Positions 31,028 through 46,968 of a stretch of 64,000 bases of DNA are shown here, piece after piece. Each line of letters starts with the position of its first letter. The stretch's first letter is position 1. The notes under the pieces are model-generated. The model saw only the letters and a list, made by a program, of their open reading frames with translations. It was not told the origin of the DNA and did not search any database. Source of the stretch: the human T2T-CHM13v2.0 reference genome, Homo sapiens; NCBI RefSeq assembly GCF_009914755.1, contig NC_060927.1, one strand, 5' to 3'. The position numbers were made by a program, and so were the translations under genes.

Positions 31028-31682
31028 AGACTGGTAGATAGCTTTAGATATAATTGGCACTCAACATACCTAAGATGTAATTTTCTTTCCCGTATCTCTG
31101 CTTAAAATATATTTTCTGTCTTGCCATAGTGCACTAAGTTGATCAAACCAGAAACATGGGAATCATTATGTTAATGTCTCTTTCTCTAAACCCCTTTTCC
31201 AGAAATTATGAAGTGCTATGAAATTTTTAAAATTCTTCTTTATTTTTCATTTTATTTTCTGAACATGGACTGCCTTCCCATGGTTCCAAAAATTACAAAT
31301 ATAAATAGGTTTACAGAAAAAAGCCTATTTTCTTTCCACCGTGTCTCCAGTCTTTCCAGTTTTTGCCCAAGCTAAAGCAGTAATTACTATTGTTTGTTTT
31401 ATATGCATCTTTATGGACATACATGCAAATACAGACTTTTAAAATGTTGTCCCACTTGGCAATAATCACTGCTATTTATAAAAGATAAGAATGGGCACTA
31501 TATAGCAGTAAGAGATCTTTAGCAATTCTAAATTTTATCTGGGCAAATATCGCCAGCCTATTGTCCTAAAGTTAGGAAAATTACCTTGAATTAGGTCCTG
31601 GTTCTGCTCTTTGGATATGGCTTCCCAGTTTTTGTGCACCATGGATCTTGGCTTTATTCTCTTGAAGGATATTTCATTTCCA

Positions 31683-32014
31683 TTCTTCTTCTTCTTCTTC
31701 TTCTTTTTTATTTTATTTTGTTTTTTTTGGAGACAGACTTCTGCTCTGTTGCCCAGGCTGGCATGCAGTAGCACAATCTCCACTTACTGCAACTTCCACC
31801 TGCCAGGGGGTTCAAGTGATTCTCCTGCTTCAACCTCCTGAGTAGCTGGGATTAAAGGTGTGCGCCACCATACCTGGCTAATTTTTGTATTTTTAGTAGA
31901 GACAGGGTTTCACCATGTTGGCCAGGCTAGTCTCGAACTCCTGACCTCTGGTGATCCACCCGTCTCAGCCTCCCAAAGTGCTGGAATTACAGGTGTGAGC
32001 CACCGCACCCGGCC
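31683..32014 (-). mobile_element. AluSx-like SINE with (TTC)n at the tail
   Basis: Full antisense dimer; (TTC)n 31683-31704; TSD-like attcttctt. Confidence 0.95.
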
Positions 32015-32660
32015 TATTATTCTTCTTAATTATGTAAATAAAGCATTGGAAAGTATCCACTCATTGCTCTCTTAGCAGCTTTCTCAATATACTTCCTGCC
32101 AATAGCAAGTTGGGAGCTTAGAGATCTTTCATATATCTCATACAGCTGCAGTCATTTTGCAAATACAGCGCTCTCAAAACCTTTTTTTTCTCTCAGTATG
32201 TTTGATTCCAGTCAGCCCTATATGCCAATTGTATGCATATATTCACATATATTCTATAAGTGCAATTATATTTTTATGTTTTCTTCAATTATAATAGTTG
32301 TACCTCTTCCTTTCCAAAATATATAATTTTTAAATCTTATTTATTTATTTTTGGCTGGTATCTCCAGTGGAATTACTGGAGTCAAATAATAGTGATGATA
32401 GTGTGCTTTTGCCTTATTTCTGGTTTTGTTGGTAATGCGTCTAGTGTTGCTTCATTAAGCACAACAGCAAATTTTGGGCCAATCCAGATATATTATATCA
32501 TATGAAGGAAATTCTCATCTAATCCTATTTTATTGTGTATTTTAGTCCAAAATTGTTATGAAATTTTGACAGATTTTCAGCATATATGAAAAGAAATATT
32601 TTTGCAGAGGTCTATTAATATTATAAAAGTATTAATGTAAATTAATATCATAAAAGTTTA

Positions 32661-32990
<330 letters not shown>

Positions 32991-33131
32991 TCATTAATTC
33001 TTGGAGTAAAGCTCACTTGATCATGATGCATATCTAATAACTTTCATGTACGCTTACATTGTGTTTGCTAATAATATTTGACTTAGGATATTTCCTATGC
33101 TATTCATAAGTGATATTGACTTTAGAGATTA

Positions 33132-33166
33132 TGTATGTATGTGTGTGTGTGTGTGTGCGCGTGCGC
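33132..33166. repeat. (TG)n / (CG) alternating purine-pyrimidine microsatellite
   Basis: tgtatgtatgtgtgtgtgtgtgtgtgcgcgtgcgc. Confidence 0.9.
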
Positions 33167-33220
33167 AATTTTATTGTACGAGGAGGGTTTCTTTAATTCA
33201 TATTCTGGAAAATATTTTAG

Positions 33221-33556
<336 letters not shown>

Positions 33557-34379
33557 CAGATCTTTAAAGGTTTTAAAAAATTTTCCAGTGAGACCATCTT
33601 GGACTGCTGCTATTGCATTTATTAATTGACAATTTTATCCATTTCTCCTATGTAAATAAGTTTTTAGGTTTTTATCTCTTGAATTCAGTTTTGGTAAAGC
33701 ACATTTTCTTAGAAAATTGTCTTCAGTTTGGGTTTTCAAATTTACTTGTATATTGTTTAGCAAAATAATTGATTATTACTCTTAAATTAACTCTGTGGGT
33801 TTCTTTAATCGTTTATAATTTATTTTTGTGTATTTCTATTTTATTTTAAAAAAAATAGGCCAGTGATTTTTTTTTTATTTCACATAACCAGCTTTCAGTT
33901 TTCTTCTTAACTCCTTTTCTTTTTTATCACTTTATTTTGGTTTTGTTTGTGTAATATCCCATTCCTTTTCTCTCTTGAAGTTAGCTGTGTAATTTATTTT
34001 TGTTAATTTTTTATGGATAAAATACTTGAGAATAGTAATTTCCTTAGCAATATGTTTAACTTTTAAGAATTGTATTTTGCAGAAGTAGGAGTCACATATT
34101 TCATACAAAAAATTTAGTTATGTGTAAAGATATAAAATAGCATGGCATCTTCTGCTACAGCTGAACATTTCAATGGGATACTAATGGTAGATTAAACTGA
34201 GCCAGATGATGGAAGGCCTATACACATTTAATAGTATGTATTCTAATAGTAACTTTTTCTATACATATAAGACTTGTGATAGATGTATGATTAACATTTT
34301 TATATTTGTGCATGTGTGTTTTGTGTACGTATCTCTAATAATTTGCTAACAAATTTACCTTCTTGTTGATCCCCTTTTT

Positions 34380-34654
34380 GCTTTCTTTCTTTCTTTTTTT
34401 TTGAGACAGAATTTCACTCTGACACCCAGGTTGAAGTGCAGTGGCTTCATCTCAAGCGATTCTCCTGCCTCAGCCTCCCAAGTAGCTGGTATTACAGGCA
34501 TGCGCCACCATGCCTGGCTAATTTTTTTGTATTTTTATTAGAGTTGGGGTTTCACCCCATTGGCCTGGCTGGTCTCAATCCTCTGACCTCAGTTGATCCA
34601 GCCGCCTTGGCCTCCCAAAGTGCTGGGATTACAGGCATGAGCCACTGCTCCTGG
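34380..34654 (-). mobile_element. AluS with ~30-bp internal deletion
   Basis: 'catctc|aagcgattc' lacks ggctcactgcaacctcc...; TSD tgatccccttttt. Confidence 0.92.
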
Positions 34655-35024
34655 TGATCCCCTTTTTTTCTTAAGGATTTTATTCTAAAATTAGTCAGGA
34701 GGATTAAATGACCATGGTAGTTTTGAACGTCCTTACTCTTTATAATCTTTAACTTCGTTTCCAAGTTTTACATTGGTGGCTTTAATTCTTTTGGTTTCTT
34801 GGGATATAGGCCAATATTGCATCTCAAGATCATACTTTTTAAAGTAGGAGTGATCTGGGAGACCAGACAGCTATGCAACTTCTGTCCACAGTGGGGAGGG
34901 GATGGGGGATAAGAAGGAATTAATGGCAGAATTGAATAGTATGTGTGAGAGAAAGCTTAGAGCTTAGTACGCCTCCTCTCTACCCAGCCAGTGGTCACCC
35001 TTTGTTTGTTCCAGCAAAGTCCCC

Positions 35025-35387
35025 ACTATGCACTGAATTGTGTCCCTTCCAAATTCATATGTTGAAGTCCTAACCCCCAGTGTGATTGCACTTGGAGATG
35101 AGACTTTTGGAAAGTAATTAGGTTAAGATGAGGTCATGAGGGTGGGGCCCTCATAATGGGATTAGTGTCCTTGTCTGAAGAGACATCAGAGCTCTCTTTC
35201 TCTTCTTGAGATGAGAGGCCAAAATAAGGAAGTGGCAGTCTATAAACTAGGAAGAAAGCCCTCCCAGGAACCCAATTATGCTGACACCAGATCTCAACTT
35301 TTATCCTCCCAAACTGTGGGAAACAAATTCCTACTTTTAAACCCACCCAGTCTATGGTATTTTGTTATGGCAGCTTGAGCTAAGACA
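35025..35387 (+). mobile_element. MLT1A-type MaLR solo LTR
   Basis: 'aaattcatatgttgaagtcctaacccccagtgtgat', 'ggtattttgttatggcagc', ends 'taagaca'. Confidence 0.88.
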
Positions 35388-35747
35388 TTCAATTTCATGT
35401 ATGGAAGCCTCTGCTAACTGTTACGTCTTTTTTAAGGTAGTAAAAAGATTGTAGTTATTACCTTGGTAGGGATTCTAATGAGAAACTGGAAATACTAAGA
35501 AAATATTTTTTCTGTATTTTCTTTAAATATGCATATATGTTTTAAAAATGCATATCAGGAAGGTTACACAGAAGTATAATAAAATATGAATTTGTAAAAT
35601 GTAATGAAAATATTTTATGGTTTAAATGCATAAATTATTTCACATTTAAATAAATTCTTAGAAATTCATTATTTTTTGTGAATGAAGATTAACAAAGTAT
35701 AAAATAAGGAAAGTATATTTCCACGTATGCAAAATTACAGAGCTATC

Positions 35748-35918
35748 TTTTTTTTTTTTTTTTTTTTAAAGAAACAAGGTCTTACTCTCTTGCCCAGGCT
35801 GGCCATTGTAGTTCATTGTAACCTGAAACTCTTGGGTTCAAGTGATCCTCCCACCTTGGCCTCTCAAAGCAGGCTACATCATGCCTGGGATCAAAGGAAT
35901 AAACCACTGGATCCAGAC
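35748..35918 (-). mobile_element. Alu monomer (FLAM/FRAM or deleted AluJ)
   Basis: Poly-T then 'ttcaagtgatcctcccaccttggcctc'; TSD gagctat. Confidence 0.8.
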
Positions 35919-36262
35919 TATGAGCTATTTTTTAAGATTGAGAATTTTGATTTGCTTGCTTAACATTAAGATGTGTTGTAGAATGGATTGAGTTGGAATA
36001 TGAATATTATTAAAAGTGCTTACTTAGGGTTAACATCTATAATTGTGGTTTTTAATCTTTCTTTCAGTCTCATCCCACTCAAGAGCTGACACTCTCATTA
36101 ATAATGGCAGCTAAATGCTTTATATCACTTAGTCCTTGCTACCATTCTTTGTGATAGGTTTTATTGTTTTCATTTTGCAATGAGAAAACAGAGTTAGAAA
36201 AGGTAAATACCTTTTTTAAGTTTATATAACTAGATTGTGGCAAAACTAAATTTATTCATACT

Positions 36263-36640
36263 TCATATGGTTAGGCTTTGTGTCCCCACCCAAATCTCGT
36301 CTTGAATTATAATCCCCATAATCCCCACTTGTCAAGGGAGAGACCCGGTGGAGGTGATTGGATCATGGAGGCGGTTTCCCTCATGCTGTTCTCGTAATAG
36401 TGAGTGAATTCTCATGAGATCTGATGTATTTATAAGTGTTTGGTACTTCCTCCTGCATTCATTCTCCTTCCTCTGCCTTTGAAGAAAGTGCCTGGCTTCC
36501 CCTTCATCTTCTGCCGTAATTGTAAGTTTCCCAAGGCCTCGTCAGCCATGCTGAGCTGAGTCAACTAAACCTCATTTTTTAAATAAATTACCCAGTCTCA
36601 GTGGTATTTCTTTATAGCAGTGTGAGAACGGGCTAGTACA
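36263..36640 (+). mobile_element. THE1D-like MaLR solo LTR
   Basis: 'atatggttaggctttgtgtccccacccaaatctc'; perfect 5-bp TSD atact. Confidence 0.92.
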
Positions 36641-38754
36641 ATACTCTTAAGCATTGAATTAAGATTTTATAAGTATGTGGCTAATGAATGTCCTCATTTG
36701 GTCAGAAATCTGGTGAAATTAATATGTAACAAAGTTTTGTTTTTCCTTGATATTAACCTTGATACATTTCTGTGAAATAATAAATATACTCTTTAATAAA
36801 AAATTTCGAGCCACCTCTCCTTTGTCCTTAACATGTATATAGCTTGCCTTTTGAATACTCCAGTTCTGCATATTGCCAAAGAACTTCATAGAGCAAGCCA
36901 CACTGTAGTTTCTCGAGAGAAGAGGGACACATTTCCTCTTTCCCAAAACTATTAGAATTTATTTCCTTATAACACTTATTGCATAAAATCGTAAATCAAA
37001 GAGTTCATCCTTGACTTCAATAAATGTCTAAGAGATTTAATCAAATTTAAGATGCTTACCTGATACATAATAGTTAGAACTTCTATTCAAAATATCTACT
37101 TCTCCATAGTTATCTTTTAATGTCTATGATTTCACTTGCTAATCGGTTCCCAATATGAATCTGCAAGGCTAGCTCTTTGCTTTTGCAATTTCTTTCTGCA
37201 TAGGCCCATTGTGTAGGCAGAGGTTTTAAGCCCATAGCCTGCTGTGTTTATTGATCTATTTCTTAATAATTCCATATCAGGCAATCACACAATTCATGAA
37301 CGGTCTGGGAGGGAAGAAACACACACATTACTATCAGCGGGAGACTGAAGTAGCCATGCATTTAGGGGCTCCACTAAGAATTTTAGCCTTGTCTGTATTA
37401 CGTACAATGATTGTAAAGCACTGCAGTGAGACTTTTAAACAAATCAAAATTATAGCTTTCTTGTTCTAAAATACAAATGTTTCCTTAAGGAATCATTTTG
37501 GTATTTGTCTCAGGTTGTTTTCTTCTTCAGTTTGAATAGGATGTGAAATTTTCTAAGTCCAAATTAACCAACCAGTATTCAGTAATGTTCTGTCTTTGCT
37601 CTCAAATGTGCTTTTTCTATTTCGTGGCTCTGCTGAGTGTCTGGACTTCTCCTATATATTCTAGGCCAGGCAATATTCAGCTATTCCAGTGTCACCTCTG
37701 CTCCATCTACTGGAATAATTATATTTACTATGTACACTCTTTAGCAAAATCATTATTTTTATAATGGCTTTAAAAAAATTTCTGCAAAGCATGCTGCCAA
37801 ATAGTATTAAGTTATTTAGTTAAATTGAGAAATCTCAGAGCAGAATTAAGATGAAACTATTAAATTAATCTTATCCAGTTTTGCCTAAATATATGCAGCC
37901 TGCACAGACTTCTGTCATGAACAGATAGAGATCTGCTTTGCACTGAGGGAGAAGCAGCACATAAGGTCAGAGAAGTAGGTGAATTTTGAAATAAAGCTGG
38001 TACACAGTAAAGATCTGCAGCACTTGATTTGCTCTGATTCCTGATCTCGCAGCCACAGTGACCTATTTGTTCTCATACATGCTCTGGCTTCTCATATCTT
38101 CTGGCCTTTGCACATGTTCTTCTTTCTTCTTAGATCCCCCTTCTCAACCATCCATATTTGAAAAACTTCTTTCTCCATTTTATAAGATTTTAAACAGTTC
38201 CTTTTACATATTTCTTGACACCTATAGACAAAAAAAACAAAACAAAACAAAACAAAACCTCACATTTTGGTGTCTCTGTAATGCCTGCAGTTTATTTCCA
38301 TTTTAGCATTAATTGCAAAATAATTGTCAGTATGCAGTATTCATATCTGCCTTTCCTTCTAGACTCTAAACTCCTTGAATGCAACAAAATTTTGTGGTTG
38401 ATGTTAATATTGTTGTTAGTTAGCATCAACTGCCTTTGCTAAGCAGAAGTAGTCCCAATATTTGAAGATCATTTTGCTTATGTACTCATGTCCAGAGAAG
38501 GTAAGACAAAGCACGTTTGTTCTGCATAAAAATATGTGAAAGATTTTGGGTAGGTGGTAGCAGTGAGACTAAGTACATGGATATCATGGCTGAGGTAGCC
38601 AATGAGCAAGGCTGGGGCATAATTGAGATGAGGAGGTGTTAAAGTGAAGGAGTACTCTGGTTAGATGCTCAGCCAGAGACTTGAACAACTAAGTATGACT
38701 TAGAAGCATTGGAAAACAAAAGAGATGCTTTGGTTTTCCTCAGTGTTGGCCTGA

Positions 38755-39082
<328 letters not shown>

Positions 39083-40984
39083 TAGAGATAACATTTCTAG
39101 TGATAGCCAGACATCTAGTTTACAGCAAAAATCTTAGGACTTGTAAAATACCTGGGACATAATGATACTTAGTGAATGAATGAATAAAGGTATGAATGAT
39201 GGCTTCTTAGAAAAGTACAGGAATAGTGAGTAAAATAGTTGATTTTAACTTTTGTTTTCCAGAAATGGAAAGGCCTTTAAAATTAGCAAGGGAGTGAAAA
39301 GGCTCATATGAGCCTGGAGAGTTACCAACACTATTCTTTGCAGCTGCAGGAAGCAGAGAACTGCAGGTCATGAGTGCCAATCATTTGCCTTAAGACCCTC
39401 AACAACATAACCAGAACCAGCAAAGACCCCTGTCCTGGCTCCCTTTGGTACTCAAAAAGAGAAAACCATAGCATCTCCCTTCCACGTTTTAGAATATTTT
39501 CTTTCTTTCTAGGTAAAACACAAATTATGTTATGTATTTTACTTTTTCAAGAAGGCAGCAGGATTTAGTGACAGGAGGTCAGATGTTTGGAACCCTGTGC
39601 CAACATTTTCTCACTTTCATTGATTACCTTCAGAGTAATTAATGAAATAACATATACAACTAGCATAGAGTCAAATAAATAGTAAATGCTCAGTGATCAT
39701 TCTCTTTCGTCCCTTAAATGTCATTGTACCCTTGGAATATGAAGTCATAAGCAATATTCCCAAGGGTAAATGTTGATAGAGTAGGTTAAGTACATGCAGA
39801 AGTGTTTGAGGGGAGCATCCTGAAGAGAGGATGAGTGCTTGTGAAAGGGAAGCCTCAGGCTTAGAAGATATTTTCCTCCTTCCCAGTTTTGCCTTAGGCT
39901 TGCCTTTGGAGTAGGCTTTTGCCTTACAATCGACTGTGGGGTAGCAGAAGGAAACCTGTCCAGGAATAGAGCTCTGTGCTTTTCCAGTCCCCCATTAAAC
40001 TATGGAGATGTACCAGTTTGTTGAGCTTAGCAATCTTGTAATGTGGATGAATGTTCTTTGTCTAGGATGGGATAACAACTTCTTTTCATTGGATCATGAG
40101 AAAGCACATAGTTTTTTTATACTGCTGCATCCCTAGTTTAAAAAACAAATTTTGAACATTTTACAGTGAGATTAATTCTTTCCTAGTGGGCCTTATCCAG
40201 ACTGTTTTTTAAATCTCTAAAATGGTTATTTCTATAATTTTTAACAGGTTTAAGAAAAATGTGTATGTAAATAATTATGCCAGCAAACATTCTATCTAGT
40301 TAAGATTGAAGTAGTTTCATCTACATACTTTTTTTTCTTTTGTTGGTAGAAAGCATAAGATTTGTTTCTCCAGAAATTTAGAATTAACTAGAAGAAATCT
40401 GTTTTGCATTTATGCTACCAAAATTATTTGTGTATTTTGGCAGCTGGAATTAGTCTCCTACTTGCCTTATTTTATAATGGCTGCACTGAATGCTGTGTTG
40501 TTAATTTGCATTCAGATACTTTATCTGGAGTGATTCAGATGTTTTAAATGGATTTGCTTTTAGATAGGAATAAAAAATCATGTACCCTTTTCACAATTTA
40601 CATTAAAGACCCAGATACAAATTTGTTTGCCTGTGCAAACTCTTCCCTTGCTTTTTAAAAGACAAAATTCTCATTTCCCACCTAGATTGATTTGAACATG
40701 GTGCATTGCCTTATTAATTGGTAAAAATGCAGATCTAACGATGCTTGTGTTTCCTGCTTAAAGCATTTTTGTTAGCTCTTGCAAAAGAGGAGTATACAAA
40801 ATGTAGAAGCAGGAATTATTTGTATTATACACTTTGGTGGATTAGAGGTTCATTGAAGATTAGTTTTCAATTAAAATATTTATCTTCAATGAATAGATCT
40901 GTTAGTAGAAGCTTAGAATTAGTACCAAACCAAATCTACTAACATGTTTCTTCTCTGATACTATCAAATACAATACAAATCACT

Positions 40985-41279
<295 letters not shown>

Positions 41280-42855
41280 ACAAATCACTTTTATTTGGCT
41301 AATGTTTCACAGTACACAGAACATTCTCATGGATCTTATTTAATCTTTCCAGTCTCCTGTAAAGTAGATAGAGCAGGCAGTAATTTTCTTCCCATTTTAT
41401 GTATGCAAGGAAACTGATTGTCTGAAGTATTAAGCAGCAAAAAAACAGTGGAAGAGCCACAGTAGGTACCCATAGGCCTAGTCATTCAGGTGTCTCCTCC
41501 ATATCTCCATGCTGGTGAAGACCATTCATGGCACCACACTGCCATCATTCCTCTACTTGTTTGCAAAGAAACCTTCCCACCGAGGAGGAGTGATAGTAAT
41601 TTTTCAGTGAAATATGAAAAGCCAGTTGAATTTCTTAACCTAGTGGTAAATTTTCCAGGTCAGCCAATACATAATAGAATACATTGGCTGGATTTGCTCA
41701 TACAAAGGAACCATTCATTCATTTCATTCATTCAATGGAATACTGCAATAGGGACTGTGGACAGTCCAGACAAGTAAGCCCTAGATTTAGTGGGATTCTT
41801 TGATTTGTTTTTAGATTTATTCATGGTGGAGAATTTAATTACTGATATGTGATAGCATCACTGAGAGCAGGCAGCAGGATTTGTCAGGAAGGCAGGTCTC
41901 TACTGGATGGCCACTGAATGGCCTCTGCTAGGCTCTTGCTGTCCTTGTTGCTGCTTTCTTTGTGCATAGGTTAAGTTTATGATTCAGCCATTTCTAATGT
42001 GTTTGGCTGTGACTCGGAGTTGGTAATGTAATGAACATTAGCATTCATTTCTGTCTGAGAAGAAATTTGTCTTTGTCACAGCTAGTTAAACCAAACACTT
42101 GTTTTGAATTCGGTTCAATTACCTTAGTTGTTTCTTTCAATTTACTTCCAACTTTTATTCTTTGTGATTGTCCAAGTCTAGCAAATGGGGGACAAAGAGA
42201 AAAGAAATTGTCTTTTTTGGGCAAACCTAGTATGTGATCTTTTAATTCCTAATGATCCCCACACAGCTGATGCAGTACACAAGGATTATTCACAGGCCCA
42301 TTAAACTTAACTTTCTCTTTGCAACCTCAGATCCAAAATCACTTCCATAGTAGTGCACCCTGTAGTCTATTCCCTAGTCTCACATGTCATATTGACTTTA
42401 AACCCTTCTACTTCTAAAGAAAATAATTGTTCCAAGTGAATGGTTCTATATGAAAATCTATTTCCGAGTGCCTAGCAGTATCTATCTTATAATGACAATT
42501 ACATTTGATTATTCTGATTTGGCAATTTTCATGGAACCCCTAATTATGGAATATCTTTTTAAAGATTTTTAATATTTTCTTCACATAGATGATAATTAAA
42601 AAAACTAACAAAAGTTTGAATAGTAACTAGAAAACAGAAAGCTATTTTAAAATAAAGTCTTAAGTGTAAAATAAAATATAATTTAATGTCTTACAGTAGA
42701 AAAATAGTATATTAACTCCATATTACATGATACATAAAAATGGATCACTTACAAGGTTCTTGAAGCAAATTTCAGGAACGTAGATGACTTAGATTATCTG
42801 TGTAAATGGTCATATGTATTATGCTTAGCTAACCAAGAGAGTATAAAGGATCCTA

Positions 42856-43218
42856 TTAGGTTGGCACAAAAGTTTTTGCAATTACTTTTTAAGAAAAATT
42901 TTTTTATTATTATACTTTAAGTTTTAGGGTACATGTACACAATGTGCAGGTTTGTTACATATGTATACATGTGCCATGTTGGTGTGCTGTACCCATTAAC
43001 TCGTCATTTAGCATTAGGTATATCTCCAAATGCTAACCCTCCCCCCACCCCACGACAGTCCCTGGAGTGTGATGTTCTCCTTCCTGTGTCCACGTGTTCT
43101 CATTGTTCAGTTCCCACCTATGAGTGAGAACATGCGGTGTTTGGTTTTTTGTCCTTGTGATAGTTTTTTGCAATTACTTTTAATGGCAAAGCCTGCAATT
43201 GCTTTTGCACCAACCTAA
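42856..43218. mobile_element. Made1 (Hsmar1 mariner MITE) split by L1 insertion
   Basis: TIRs ttaggttggcacaaaag ... cttttgcaccaacctaa; upstream TA. Confidence 0.9.
42890..43165 (-). mobile_element. Short L1PA (about PA3/PA4) 3'UTR insertion
   Basis: 'ttattatactttaagttttagggtacatg', 'tttagcattaggtatatctcc'; TSD tttttgcaattactttt. Confidence 0.92.
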
Positions 43219-43422
43219 TGTTATATTTGAATTCTCTCATCTGTGCTGCTCTTTAGAAGCAAATAATGTTTAATATTTTAGAGTTATACATCTCTGGGCT
43301 GGTATGTTCAATGTCATGCCTTCCAAATCCATAGTTACATATATCATGTATTTTTTAAAGCTATATTGATATTGATTTTTTCTATTTTTTGATGAAATGA
43401 AACAATGTATCTGGGGAAGTGA

Positions 43423-43731
<309 letters not shown>

Positions 43732-44586
43732 AGCATTCTTAATACTTGTTACCATGTTCCGTATAAAGCAAAACTTTACATTAAACATTTGATTCCATTA
43801 AATTAGCTCCTTTCCCTTCTTCCTGGGCTAGGATTAGGTCAATCCCAGCTATTTATGGAAAGAAGGGAGTGGAAAAAAATATTGAAATACTTGGAATTTC
43901 AGAGTGTTCTAAGTCAGACTTGGGGCCCCATGGTGGGTGATGTACTTCAAAATACAAAACATTGCCCCAGAGTCATCCTGAGGCAATTCTGCAGCATCAG
44001 CTTCTAGCATACTAAAACTTACTATTTAGAAAATCAGCGTGATGGGTATACTCATGAAATACCAAATAATAACTTTAATATTTGCAACTACAGTGCCAAT
44101 AATAAAAAAAAATCTTAATTACATGGAGCTTGAAAAATTAAAACAATCAAGAACTTTTTTACAAAGATATCTTCTTAATAATTGAAATGTATCTTTATAA
44201 TGTATAATTTACAACATAATATGTATCATTGACAATGTAATATTTGAAGCTTCTTGATGTAAGTGGGAAGTTACAAATAATAACTGTAAATAAAGGAGAT
44301 GGAGCCACAATTTCAGCAAAAATTAATCAATGTACAGTTACTTTGCTCCTAGTTGTGTTTGAGTTACCACATTGGATCCTATTATGAACTCACTAAAATA
44401 TTAGGTTAACCTTATTTTACTAAAAAAAAAAGTTCTGTATTAACCTGTAAATTTGACTATATCCTGAAAATAATTATGAATTGAAATTTCCAATCCTGTT
44501 CAGAGTGATATATGAATATAATAATTAATATGATGAAATTTCACAATTTTATGTACTGAAGAAGATTATTCAGATACAAAAATGTT

Positions 44587-44914
<328 letters not shown>

Positions 44915-45618
44915 TCATTTTTTGATTGCAGCAGACAAAGTTCAGTGAATTTGCAATGTATCTAGTGTTAATGGGGTAGAAAATGAAAAATAACCATAAA
45001 AATGGTCAAGCTGATGAGAGTTGTAGAGTGAAATGATTTGAAATTGGATTTATAAAGATCTATACATCAGTTTTCTTTTCTGGTTAGAAAACTAAAACCA
45101 AAACAAAACAAAAAAAAAAAAACAAACAAAATTTAAAAAAGATTAAAGTCCCAAGCAGTTTTAAAGCCATAAAATTTTAGAAATGGTGTGTAACCAAAGT
45201 TAACCAATCAGCCTTCTTCCTCTTCCTATTTTAAATGAGGAAACTGAGGCTGAGAATGAGGAAATAAATCATAGAGTTTTTAAAGAAAAGACTGAAATCA
45301 TATAGGTCAATCTGCTCTTTGTGATTCAGAGAGATTGAAAGATTTCAAAGGAACACAAAGGTATTTACTACCCAAGCCAGGACTATCCACTGGCCACTTT
45401 CTTTCTGCTATCAACTATTTTTTAAACCAAAATTTGGATTAAACATTATTCACTCACATGCTGGGTGCTGAGTAGAATGACCCAATGATAATTATTGTAC
45501 CACAGCATGTACCTGTACTGCAGTTCATGATCTTTTGCTTCAATTCATAGTTTTAAGCTAGGTAACTTTTGTGTACCAAATGTACAATTCCCTTTCTTGG
45601 GACTTAAACAGCAAAAGG

Positions 45619-45957
<339 letters not shown>

Positions 45958-46381
45958 TCAAGATTGAAAGTTAGCTCTTAAAGATGTATTTACAAAAACA
46001 TTGATTATTAATAAAATTGGCTACCAGGTAATTTTTGGGTTAGATGAGAATAAGGACCTGTACTCTGGCAGTAATTGTGGGTTAGAGAGGAGGAGAGAAA
46101 TAAGACAAATCATTAAACAGAAGTAGAAGAGAGGTGGACTTTTTATAGTATAAGTCCAACTAGAAACAACCAGGGAAAATTTATTTGTATGCTGAAAAAT
46201 AATCTGAAGCAATTAGAGACAAACATTGTTACAGAGAACTTGGAAGTTATACATGTACATGTTACTTTCTACCTTTGTTTTTTTTTCTATTTCTGTGACA
46301 GCATTAAAATAATACAAAGAGACACTAAATAACCAAGAAAATAAAAGTCAACCAAGTGATTTCACTTAGACTGGATAAAAT

Positions 46382-46420
46382 ACACACAGAAATACACACA
46401 CATACACACACACACACACA

Positions 46421-46460
<40 letters not shown>
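46382..46460. repeat. Compound (CA)n(GA)n microsatellite
   Basis: cacacaca...cacgagagag...agag. Confidence 0.95.
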
Positions 46461-46923
46461 CAAGAGACAGTGGTTGGTTATTATAAAAGTTCAGTACTAG
46501 AACCCACTTAAAGATATTAGCTACTGCACCAAATTGGGAAGGTTATTTAAATAGTTGCAATGAGGAATACACATTTTTATTGTGAAATATTAGAGCTTAT
46601 GTTGTCATCTAAAGTCTAGTAAGAACAAGTTTCATTACCAGCATAGAGAGAAAATGTTTAGTTTTATATTTATTACTAAATAAGTAATAGCATTCTTGTC
46701 TTCTTATCATATTTATCTCCTCTACTATCCTTGTCTCCTTGCACTTGGTTTTATGTTAGGTGGGCAGTTTCCTGTAGTTTTCCAGTTTTCAAAAACTTGC
46801 CATTTTCACTATGGGCCCTGAAGAGGTAGGTTATATATGAATACCAGTCATATTTGTTTCTTTTCTAGGTTAGTTGACAACAATGTTGCTTATCTTCAAG
46901 ATCCTTAGGAGTGAATCCTTGTT

Positions 46924-46968
46924 ATTTATTTTTTGAATACAGGATTTATTTTTTGAATACAGGATTTA
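46924..46968. repeat. Perfect 20-bp tandem duplication
   Basis: atttattttttgaatacagg x2 + attta. Confidence 0.95.

Noticed and set aside
39263-39366. Exon-like segment after a strong acceptor
   Set aside because: Stops in all entering frames and a weak donor (gtcatg).
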